Shown piece by piece: positions 25,729 to 54,000 of a stretch of DNA of 64,000 nt (position 1 is the first letter of the stretch; each line of letters starts with the position of its first letter). Below the pieces are notes generated by a model, which made no database searches, was not told where the DNA came from, and saw only the letters and a program-made list of their open reading frames with translations. The stretch comes from Tubiluchus corallicola (taxonomy: Eukaryota > Animalia > Priapulida), in contig JAQGDQ010000088.1 of the NCBI GenBank assembly GCA_030141605.1, forward strand, positions 372,001-436,000, given 5' to 3'. Made by a program: the position numbers and the translations under genes.

Positions 25729-27196
25729 CAGTGATAAGAACAAATCTATTGGTGCTTATGCCAGGGAATGTATAATCATCAAGTTGTTTTAAATGTATAT
25801 AATATTCATAAATTGTATGTATGCAAAGTACAATATTACGTATGTGCATGTACAATATTAGGTATCTCACACAGCCTTCTTATTTGGAGTGAAAATTTTT
25901 CAGCTTGTTTACTTTGTTGTGATTTTAGATCTATCAGAAATCATTTAACTTCAAGTTTAAAGTGCTCACAGTTGTTTGTAGTTTTAAGCACTTTGGTTCA
26001 TATTTGGACTTGTGGTATAAGTAGTGTACTGCATATTATTAAAGCGGTCTATAAGTTCATTCACCAAGCATTAGCTCGGGTCTTAAAAAATCTGGTTAGT
26101 TATGCATTCATTCACACTGTCCTGCCTGTCCATTATACTTTTTTCAAGTTTTTAGCTCCAAATGAGTTGAAATAACTCCAAAAGTATTTATCCAATTCAG
26201 ATGAAATTTGGTGTGATGATTAGATATGATGCCCTTGGTTCAGGGCAACAAATTAATTTCAAGTTGTAAAATAATTAGACGTGTTTAACTAAATTGCATT
26301 AAACTGCATGTTCACACGATCTGCTTCACTAGTTTCATGACTAAATGAAAGATCATTATACTGCCCTACTGTATATACGCAGTATCTTAGAGCTGGAAGT
26401 AATTATGATGTTTGGGTATTAAATGTTTTACATTTTTTTCGAATTATATAGTAATTCACAATATTATATGTCTGTAATATTGTACTAATATACTAAAAAC
26501 TAATGGTTGTATCATGTACCATTACTGTTAAAAAAATTGTGTAAGTAATATTAATTATATTGTTTTATTTTAAATAACGTTCATTGCCAAGTTTTGCACA
26601 TGTGAATTGCACTGTCATGAATTCCTATTACGTTTTCTGTTATATTATAATTATTTTTATAAAAATAATCTTTATTATGCTTTATTATAAGAGAGAGTCG
26701 TTTTATTTGGCTTGTAAAAACAGAAACTTATTATTCCAAATTTCAGACAATGGTGCACATTAAAGTGAATATAGCAGTGGTCTCCTTTTTTAGTCACTTA
26801 AACCATTGCGCCCTCAGCATGTAATTATTTAATAAAGAAATAACTGACCATATTCATAACACGAATGTGCTTCAACAAGTATAATTTTGGCAATCATTGC
26901 CTCACCCTCAACTGTAAAGTTGCATTTTATTCCATCACTTGCTAAGTTACTGTATAGATGTTAAAGCTGGATTATCTGCAAATAGCATAAGACTTTGTAA
27001 TCTAATATTCTGTGCTATCTTTTTTTTCAAACCACTTTAGTGTATGTCGAATTTCACTCTAGAAAATTTGCGCTGGTGTAACTTGTTCTCAAAGTTTTAT
27101 CTTTACCATCTCATGTGCCACGTAAATCTGCTAAGGATAGAAACAACATAAAAATTTATCCCACTTCTCACAAAACTATAAATATTTGTAATGTTG

Positions 27197-43727
<16,531 letters not shown>

Positions 43728-43729
43728 TC

Positions 43730-43980
43730 TCTGTACGATTGCACACCCAATAAACAATTAAACAATAAAAATTAAAACATCAACGTGCTTATCGCTTAGT
43801 TGACAGTATCTGCCGCTAGAGGTAAGTTCGTTACCGTTGGTAAGCGTAAGCACTAAGCACTGAGCAAGCGTCCCACGTGCTCATACCAATAGAATCACAA
43901 AACAATCCCGCGGCAAACCGGATAGTGTGTGTACTCCCCGTGTGTTCCAGATTTTCCTGGCTTGTCAATAAAAGTAAGTA
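43730..43980. promoter_or_regulatory. Candidate bidirectional promoter between NSUN2 (-) and the SLC7 gene (+)
   Basis: CpG-enriched segment directly upstream of the NSUN2 ATG (43727), with CCACGTGC E-box (core 43874-43879) and CCAAT (43886-43890). Plus-strand donors AG|GTAAGT (43822) and AA|GTAAGT (43974) could supply the 5'UTR exon needed by the SLC7 acceptor at 45064-45065. Confidence 0.6.
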
Positions 43981-45082
43981 TTTTTTCGCCCGTTGTTATT
44001 TTCCTTGTGGCAGTCAAAGATGAAGGAACGTATATTTCCTGTTTTTAGTGATGGTAAAATGTTGTGTATTTCCTAAAGCTAAAGTAATGTCTAATGATAG
44101 TAAAATTAGTATACAGTATGTTATAGCCTATAGTATAGGTCTTTGTGTTGTTCCGTGATTGACTTTGGATTATGTAGTGTATTTACTGAATGATCCAGCT
44201 TTAGTTACAAGATCCAGTTTATTTTGTAGGCTCATGCGATATATATATGTATTTCGCTTATATTATAACTATGATTTATTTAAAGTTCAAACGTCAGTTT
44301 ACTCATTTTGTCTGACTACGGACTGTCTAGTGTGCATTAGGGACTAGTAATATGGTGTACACGTCTGGTGTATACAGGTTACCATATATGTTATTTAACT
44401 CTAGTTAAATGTACAAAACGTCTTGGTATATGTAATCACTATTACTACTATAGTCTATCGTGTGTAATATATTAGTTATAGAAATTGTATAATAGCAGCA
44501 TTCCAATGCTTTTAGTCTTTCTGTACATGGTAACCCATTCATTACTTTGTCCACTAAGTGATGTTTATCACGTGAATACCTCAACGTTAAAATGACCCTC
44601 TTTTGCAACCTGCTGGGACGCCTTGGTTCTCTTCTAGTTCATAACATGGTGACTTATTTGTGTTATTCTTTCAGTAGTTAGATCAACATGTGTTGACTGG
44701 GGAAGTAAACCCAGTTGCCATTGCCCCTTAATACCAGTAGTTGAGTTTTGTTGATACTTTGCAAACATTCACAGTTATCTTTCAGTTTTTAATTGTGCAG
44801 AGCTTGTGAATGCTGTAAACCACATCACCAGCAGATGATGTATTTGAACAAATATGAACATTGAACATTTTTTTACATTGTATCTTTTCTGAGTTTGCTG
44901 GAGATTGAGTGTGGTAATAGCTGTTAATGCTTGCCTAATTGATCATGTAGATTTCTGATATTTTTTGTGGAAGTTAAGAGATAATGTTCATCTCTTTTTG
45001 GACAGTGGCTATTTACATTATAAATCAAATATGAAAACAAAAAATACATGTGCATGTTGTTTCAGTCAAAACATACGGAACA

Positions 45083-48000
45083 ATGGGAGTTTCGAAGAAC
45101 ATAAATCAGTCTAACAGCACTCAAGATCGTGTTCCAGAGCTGGAACCAATGAAACCTAATGGGACCAAACTTGAAGGTAGTGACGATGGCTCCGTGCAAC
45201 TTAAGAAAGAAATTGCTCTTCACAACGGAGTTGCCATTATTGTTGGCTGTATCATAGGCTCCGGAATTTTTGTTTCTCCTGCTGGTGTGCTAAAAGAGGC
45301 CGGTTCTCCTGGTGCAGCACTTATAGTATGGGGAATGTGTGGTGTTGTAGGCATGTTTGGTGCATTGTGTTATGCAGAACTTGGAACAGCTATACCAAAA
45401 TCAGGAGGAGATTATGCATACATATTGGAAGCTTATGGACAATTACCATCATTTTTATTTTTGTGGATTGCTCTGGTTATAATCATGCCTACCAGTAATG
45501 CTATAATAGCAATGACGTTTGCCAAATATATTCTACAACCTTTCTTCCCTCTTGGCTGTGATATTCCTGATAGCGCTGTTAGTCTAATAGCAGTGCTTGT
45601 CATAAGTAAGTATATATTGTTTTGATTTTTAACACTATACAGCACCATAAAATAATGAAGTATCATACATAGTTCACATTTTATTTGATCTGAGGGTTCT
45701 CTCGTGCAGTTGATTATGTTGAATTTATAAACACTTATGCTGTGAATTGCTTTGTGACCTTGATCATTTGACTTCAGAAATGCAGCTCTTGCCAAACTAG
45801 ATTAGATTTCAGTCTTCCATTTTTATGATGTGTTGCAAACTAGGTTAATTCTCATAAGTAATGAGCTAATTGCTTTGGTGTACTTAGATTTCACTTCTGC
45901 TTTTGAGAGCTGTAATGACCATGTTTGGCATTACTAAATTGATTTATTAAGCTAAATTTACCGTCAGTACAAAATCATGCTTTTATGAAAAATAATTTGA
46001 TTACTTGATTTCCTTTTAAAACAAGCTAAATTTAAAAAGAAAATAGATGGAGGGATGAACTCACGTAAAAAAAGATGTTTGTGAATAAAATTTAATATTA
46101 CCAGTTCATACTATTAACATAAGAATTGAAGTATTATGTGTTATTTGTTAGTACAGTGATTATCCTAGGTTTATGTTTTCACTCAACTGTTTTTCTGTTT
46201 GGTCTTTTTTCCAGCATTTTTGACGTACATCAACTGTAGTCAAGTGAAATGGGCTATGCGAGTTCAGGACATTTTTACAGTTGCCAAACTGCTTGCATTG
46301 TTTATCATTATTGGGACAGGCATTGTAATGCTTTGTCAAGGTAAAAAACAAGTTTTGTGTTTTTGGTCTAACTTGCTCTGTAATTTGTACAAATCTGAAA
46401 TTTTCAGCAATATTTATGCGGAAGTTTGTTAAACAAAATTCTTTACAAATACACCAAATTTTGAACACTTTATTTTTGCTGAATTTTTCTATAGTTTACT
46501 AAATAATTAATTAGCATTGTGAAATTAATTATTTCTATAGTTTTCCAAAGTTCATGGTCGTTTGCATCAACAAACGTAAATTGATGCGAAATGTCGAAAA
46601 CTAACAAAATATCAAATCACATGATTATGGATGAGAAAACTTGGAAAAATAATCGAATAGAAAATAGAAAGTAAATAGTCAAATGGCATGAAAACCACAA
46701 ACGTAGGGAGAGCGCAATAAATACGTCTACAGGTATCGTAGACTATTAAAACTGGTTAAATAGTTAAACTGATTTTTAGGAATTTATATAAATTATAAGA
46801 GTGTTTGCTTTTGCTTGTGGCTCTATAGTTGAATATGTCATGCCTTGCAATAAAGTTTTAGCTTGTTTTATTTTTAATTACGGATTATTAACCCACTCTA
46901 GATGTCTCGAATGTCAATACTGTGTTATCTTTGGCAAATAATCCTTTGTTCCGGCCTACGACCGGTCCATGAACCGTACTTGCACATTTCAAGGGCCGCG
47001 CATGACGTACTGTATCAGACTAACTCGTTTTGCTTGGTAATGTGGAGGCATGCTCATTTCTTTCATCAAATGATTCAATTGTTCACAATAACGACGAAAG
47101 TGACGAGTTTGTTTTTTTCTTTGTTTGATTGTAGCTTGTCAGTAGAATGCATGTTCATGGTGCTGATTTCATTGCATCAAAACACGTTCGCCTTGGCCCC
47201 CTTTGCATTTGCGGCAGGCTTGCTATCTGAAATGTTCAAGGAGTTGTTTATGAAGAATTAATATCTAGCCTTGACTCTTTAGTACTTTTTGACAGCTGTA
47301 TATTATTATACATAGTATAGTGACTGTAATCTGGATGTTATATATAGATAATATGGATAGACATTTAATTTTTAGAATTGAATTGAAATTGATTAATGCC
47401 TACAGTAGTGTCGGTCAGTTTTGTTCACCTGTTATTTTACTTGGTCATTTTTTTGCAAAATTAGCTAGGTTAGTAGCTGTATGGCTCAGGAACAACAATA
47501 AAACATCAGTCTTCTTCTGTTCCCCGAAATCAGGTAAAAATCACAGAAAGAAAGGCGCAATAAAAAATAAATGACCCTAACCCTAGCCAAAATTAATCGT
47601 GACTATTTTCCCTTGATCTTTTTTCCCAGCAAGAATTGTGACTTTTTCCATGTTGTCAACTTAATTGTCGTCGTAAGCCGAGTGTCTTTGCGCGCGGCTC
47701 TCGTAAATAACGTCCCGATAGGAGTCGTAATCCTCTTGTTAATTAAACGTGTAACTGCAGTGACGCATGCTTGAGTCAATTTATCTTGGGGGAGTTGTGA
47801 CAACATCCAATCAATAATGATAATACTGATCTCACATCTGCAAGATATAATCTGTACAGAAGCTGAATGGTTAATGTAATATTATAAAGATTTAGCCCTT
47901 AACTTGCTGTACTCAACGTGTGCTGTGTCTTTCTATAAGAACTAATCCCTGACACAAGAAATCAAGAATAGCTTAACAGACCCGATTGGCCGATATGTTA

Positions 48001-51000
48001 GCCGAAAAAAATCCTGATAGGGTAATCAAATATCTAGCTACTGTATCTTGTGTGAAGTTCGCAAGTTAAGAGCTAATTCTTATCTTTATAATCTTACATT
48101 AACCATCCAGCTTCTGTGTACAGCGCGCGCTGTGTACAGATTATTTGATTCCACAAGAAATAAATTTGTAGTTCGTTAAAAGTTTATTCATTTTCTTTAA
48201 TTTAGTGACTTAGTCTCCAGTGTGATCCAGGAAAACGGTTTTTTGGTTTAGTCACCGGTATGATCCAGGAAAACGGTTAATTAGATAATTTACGTAATTT
48301 AAACAAAATGGTAAATAAAACTTCTATCTGTTTTAGAGTGGTACGTTGGCTTCGATCAACTCAACCCACTCAATTGCTAAGTTAGTTTAATGAACTTTGT
48401 AACTCTGTGGTCGGCACTGCTTAGTTATATAGAGCAACAGTACTGCATAAGGTTTCGCTAAGTCCATCTATGGATAATGCGTTTGTGTGTGGGGTGTGAG
48501 GCTTCCTACGCTATAGAGTGGCTTTCTTATGAAACCAACGCGCATATTGCGTCAGATTCTTGGAAGCGTGCCAATAAACAGTTGTTGACACTGAATAGAA
48601 TTGACTAGCAACCCGCCGCCGCGAGAGAGAAGTTTACAATGCAGAGAGGTATATTCAATTTAATGCCGCGTTGCTAGCAAGCAGGTGCATGCGGAATAAT
48701 AGCTGTTTTTCAGTTACTACACATTATACATACTACGTACTAAGGAGTCAGTGTAATTATGCGGTTCATATCGAATTTCGTTCAAAGCAGAGATACGACC
48801 TATTCTCCTAGATTCTCGTTCCAAAGTAAACGCTCTTGGAATTGAAAATGGAATGTGCGCTTCCCAAGCAAATTTTCAATTTTGTAGTAAACTCGTACTT
48901 GTAGATGTTTAATTTCAAAGCCTTTGTCTAATGACCAATACAAAATTGTGCTTTATGCTTACAATTTATGGGACGTGAAATTAAAAAGTATCTTTTTCAC
49001 AGATTGTGTTTTTTGACATGAAAATTTGGAGCTGATGCTGATGCCGTCACCGTTACTATACCAGCTTGCTTAGTTCTGAACTATTCCCAGAATTCTCAGA
49101 AGCGTTAATGTTAGCAGCCTACAGCAAACTTTTATTGAAGTTAGCTGCTTACCTCTAAAATTAATTTTGCGAAGATAAGAAGTTTTTGCCAAAAAAAAAG
49201 AATCCTTGAACAGGGCTGTCAAATAGCGTTTTCAGCATTAGTCTGGAGACTCTGGAACTCATTAAGATTTGGTCGCGTATGCACTAAACATTTCTTGTTT
49301 GAATTTTGAGATATGATGTGTCATATACTGTTTTATAACCGACTGAACGTCTTAATGCAAATGTAAACGTTGTAAGTGAGCCAGGTTTCTCAAGTGACGC
49401 TCTCAGTAGTAAGCACAAATGTAGTAAAAACTTGCTAGTCTATAATTTACAGTTGTGTGTAAAAGTTAAACTGCACGTGTGGGACGAGTATCAACCAATC
49501 AATTACGTCCACAACAACAATTGTATTTATTTATTTGCCTGATATTTCCATAATGAATATGTTGACACAAGTTTACTTATTGTAATAGTAAGCCTTTCTG
49601 GTGCACTGAATTCTTGGTTACAGAGTAATAGCTAAGGAAATATAAAATAATTGGAACTGAATTTGATTTGAAAGAAGGACTTTAACTGGCAGCCACACCT
49701 GACATTTTTAACAACTTCTCGTGAAGACAGTTTCTCCTTTTTTAATGGCTGAGCCAGGCTTGCAAAAATAGGTTTCTGTAAACCTTTAAGCTGTTCTAAT
49801 TAGAACCGTAATTGTATTGCCAAACTTAACTGTTTGACACATGTTTACCTTGTCATTTTATTTTTCCCTAGGCAATCTGCAGTATCTTAAGCCCGATGTT
49901 GCTTTCAAGAATACGGGAGATGCATTCAGTGTGGCAAGATCATTCTATGCTGGGCTTTTTTCTTATGCAGGATGGTAAACTTGAACATTTTATTGTATCT
50001 TATCAACTTCAGCATAAAAATTGACTTGGCATGTTCCAGCAAATATTGTCGCTATAATTTTGTACCTGAGCAGGGAAAGAACATTTAGGGCCATTATAGA
50101 TCACATTTCATATTAATTAACTATGTTTTAGGCTTACATTAAAAATATTAGAATAAGGTACCTTCAAGGCCAGGAGTCAAATTAAATTCACTGGTTTTCT
50201 TAATGAGATTCCTGGTTTTTTGTATTTTAAAGTTTTGTTAGTTAATTGCTCAGCCAGTTATTAAATAATTGCTGATGTCACTTTTCCAAGTTTACCATTC
50301 AACCTCATATGTTAATTTAAACATGAACGTTTTACCTTCAGTTCATTATACACTCATTACACAAAGTATGTTAAACCTTTATCTTACGTAACTTCATATT
50401 ACATTGCCCGTATGACTATGCTAGGCTATGCCACATTACAACACACTCTACTACACAGTCTGCGCTGTGCTGTATTACATTGTGTCATAAGACAGGTAAA
50501 GTCTAGAGCCGCTTTTAATGATTTCAGTTGCTCACTATTTGTTTGCAAATTTTCAGAATAAACTTCTTTTTAATTCCACTATTTCAGTGGTGATTTTTAT
50601 TGTTTTTCATTGACAACATAAACATAATTTTGCAAAAGTGGAAACCCAGTTCCCTGTTTCGGATTAATTCAAATTTGTGTACATTATGACTTGATCATGT
50701 AATTGAATTCCATTACAAGTACAGTGTTTTCTTGAATTGATGAAAGTATGAGTTATGAAATTGGCTGCTCATTATCTTGTTCTGTACTTGGTCGTACATG
50801 TGTCTCACCATTCTAGCCTGTACCATATTTGCTTGCTAGTTGTGCTTGACAATTATCATAAAACTGATCCACATGAAGTGCAAATCAGCATAATCCTAGG
50901 CAATGTTATCATAATACATAAAAGTATGTAAAGAGTAGATCTGACTTTAATAATTTCAGATTGTTTCTTTGACTTCAAAAATGATGTTTTGTTTCTCTCA

Positions 51001-54000
51001 AATGATCTGGCATTTGCAAGCCCATTAAATTATGCATAAGTAATATAAGTACAGTATATGTAAAATATGGGTTTATTACATACATATAATAATTGTAACA
51101 GATTGACCTAACTGTTCTAAAACTGCTTTTAACAATATTATCTGTAAAAGTTATTTTTTGGTTATTTAATATATTTGTCAGATTAGCCTTGCTGTTCCTA
51201 AAATACGAAAGTGTTTAATTGATTTATATTTGATGCTTCTCTTGCTAAGTCATGTGTGTATTGTGAATAAATAGTTAATATCTTAATTACTTTTTTACAT
51301 TACAGGAATTACTTGAATTTTGTCACAGAAGAATTACAAGACCCGTTTAGGTACGTACAATTATCCTTTTCCCAATTACCTAGCAAACATATCTGTAGAA
51401 TATAAATATTTTTCTTTGTCCCATTAAATTTGTTGTGAACCTAAATACTCGGCTCAGATATGGCAATGGTACAGTGCAATGACATTATTTCGTGCAAACA
51501 AAACATGGTACTAGCTAACTGTACCATTGACTTTCGATGCAAGTTATAGCAATATGCTAATGATACTGATATCTTTTTCTTGACCAAAGATGGATGATCA
51601 CTATTTTACTAATATTTATTTTATAGTTTATTTACTCAATGGTTGAAGTGGAGGTTTTCTAGTAAGCTGTTGATCACCTATCGTATACGTTTATTTTATG
51701 CTTTGACTTAAAATAATAGTCTGATACTGCTGCACTTGTTACTTTTTGTATTTACTTATCATTTAAGACTGGCAGGCAATTACCGTTGAGCCAAAATAGT
51801 GAAAATATCTGTATCTACAATATGAGAACATTCATTAACTGTATGGAGGTCATTTAGTTATAAAAGGTCTTTGCGATGACTATTTGTAAAGTGCAGAGTT
51901 TAGTATATTTTTTGTTTTTAGTTATGTTGTTTTTTCTTTTGTTATGTAACTTACTAGAATTTACTTTATATCATTATATGAGTTTTTATAGGCTGCTACT
52001 TTTTGCAGAAATTTACCTCGTGCAATCTACATTTCGATGCCATTAGTAACAATTCTTTATGTGTTGGCTAATGTAGCCTATCTAACCGTACTTTCTCCTG
52101 AAGTTATCCTAGCTTCTGAAGCCGTGGCTGTGGTAAGTTGACTGCAAACTGCTGACAGTTTAGTTTGAGTGCTTAGTTGATAAAAAATTTGACATTTTTG
52201 GTGCACATTTAATATTAAAAGTCATGTACATAAATCTCGTGTATTTTAGAAATTTTCTTGAAGCACTTCACAAGTCAGTTTCATTTAGTTATCAGAGTAG
52301 ATCAGCATATTAGTACATGCATTAGAAAACATTGATCTGTGGATAACTCAGTGGTATGTTTTAGCACTTCTGAGCATTAGCTAGAAGGCTGTGGGTTGAC
52401 TTTCTGTACCAAGAAAACCCACTTTTTGCCACTTTAATGATTATGGTTCTTTCAAGCAATAATGACAATTGTCGAAAAACTAAACCATGAACAACTGTTG
52501 TCCCAAAAATATGCAATGAACTTTTTACTAGTACGTTCATCTTTAAAAGAAATAAAATGTTGCAAGTCTAATATGAGTGTGCGAGGTTTAAAAAAATAAG
52601 TAAAATCAACTGAAAGGAAATGTTAAGCACACATTTCCTGGTTAACTAGCCCCAATGGGTTAACTCCCTGGTTTTACCAAAAAGTTCATTGCCTTAGCAC
52701 ATGCATATTACTCTCTTCCTGTCTAGTGTAAACTAGAATTAGCTTTTTTTTTGAAAAACTCCAAGAAAGGAAATTGGATTTTCATCATATGAAATGATAG
52801 CTGAGCAAATTTTATTCTAGCTCAGTGATTCCATTATACAAAGTAACACCAAACACCACATTTAATAGTGATTCAGTTTAATAACAATAAAAGTTTGCCA
52901 ACTATTTCCTCACTTATTAATGAATGTTGCTTATTGACAAATTTCTGACCTTGCTTATAGCACTAAAGCGCTAAACATTGCTTGTTTGTTGCATTCCAAA
53001 AATCTGGTATTTGCCTAAATCTACCGTATTTATGTGTTTGGTTCCTTATAGATTAGTAAGTGCTAATAACTTGTTAGTAATAAAGTTGAAGTCTAGCTAG
53101 CCAAGTTTATATAAAGGAATGCTACCCACATATAAAAAAAAATGCTGGGTCACCCGGCTCATAGTTGGCCTGGGATTTAGCTTGCAATGCTGGATAGCTG
53201 TCTAGCTTCAGGGTTTTAAAATTAATCATTATTCATAGCCTAATCCAGATCTGCGAAGAAAGACTACCACTTAGTAGGTGCCCACTTCTGGTTCAGGGTT
53301 AGTTGTTTTAACATTAATCAGAATTATACACCACCATTTTGTTTGCCTTAAAGCTGCTAGGATAACTGCAGCAAAATATAACTTAGTACTTGGCAGTCAG
53401 AACTACAAAATTACGTGTAGTTTTATGCAAGCTGTGTATCTTTTGCACCAGCATTGCAATAAATATTTTTTACTACTCAAATATAGTAATCTTTAAATAC
53501 AAGTAGTAAGACTAGCGAATTGTTGATTTATATGATCTCAGCCGTGAGAGGTGTCACTGGAACACATCCTTGTTGATTTTTTTTTTTTATTTAAGTATTG
53601 GCTTATTTAAGGTCGATTCATTTTCTGCATATTGTTGGACTGCAATAGTCAGTATTACAGAATTTCCTGCATCTTCTTATTTCAATATAGAAGAAAGAAA
53701 TTTGGTACTTAAATTTAAGAGAATTTTTGAATTATGTTCATTGCACACAAGGTAAAATCTGTATGCAACAACTTATATGACGTTGATGTGCTGCTTCTCC
53801 AACTTTACGGCACATAAAATTTTATTAAACGTGCTTAAACTGCTGTTACTTTCAAAATTTGCAGCTCTTGTGTGCACGCCTATGCAAAGTTTGCATTGTA
53901 TAACATCATTTATGACCAATAGAAAACATTTATTTTGTCACAGGTTATAATAATGGTACCATTCTTAAACTGTCGAATACAAAATTTTTTACTGTGTGTG

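Noticed and set aside
45050-45082. ORF-track start for the SLC7 gene
   Set aside because: GTG start inside the intron, upstream of the acceptor at 45064-45065. The likely start is ATG 45083.
46902-47261. 119-aa intronic ORF, and the many other 60-135-aa ORFs in the track
   Set aside because: No recognisable domains and composition typical of AT-rich non-coding DNA. Several are antisense shadows of real exons or LINEs (e.g. 7750..8067, 34632..34985, 45433..45795).
52340-52410. tRNA gene
   Set aside because: Only degenerate A/B-box-like strings, with no acceptor or anticodon stems.
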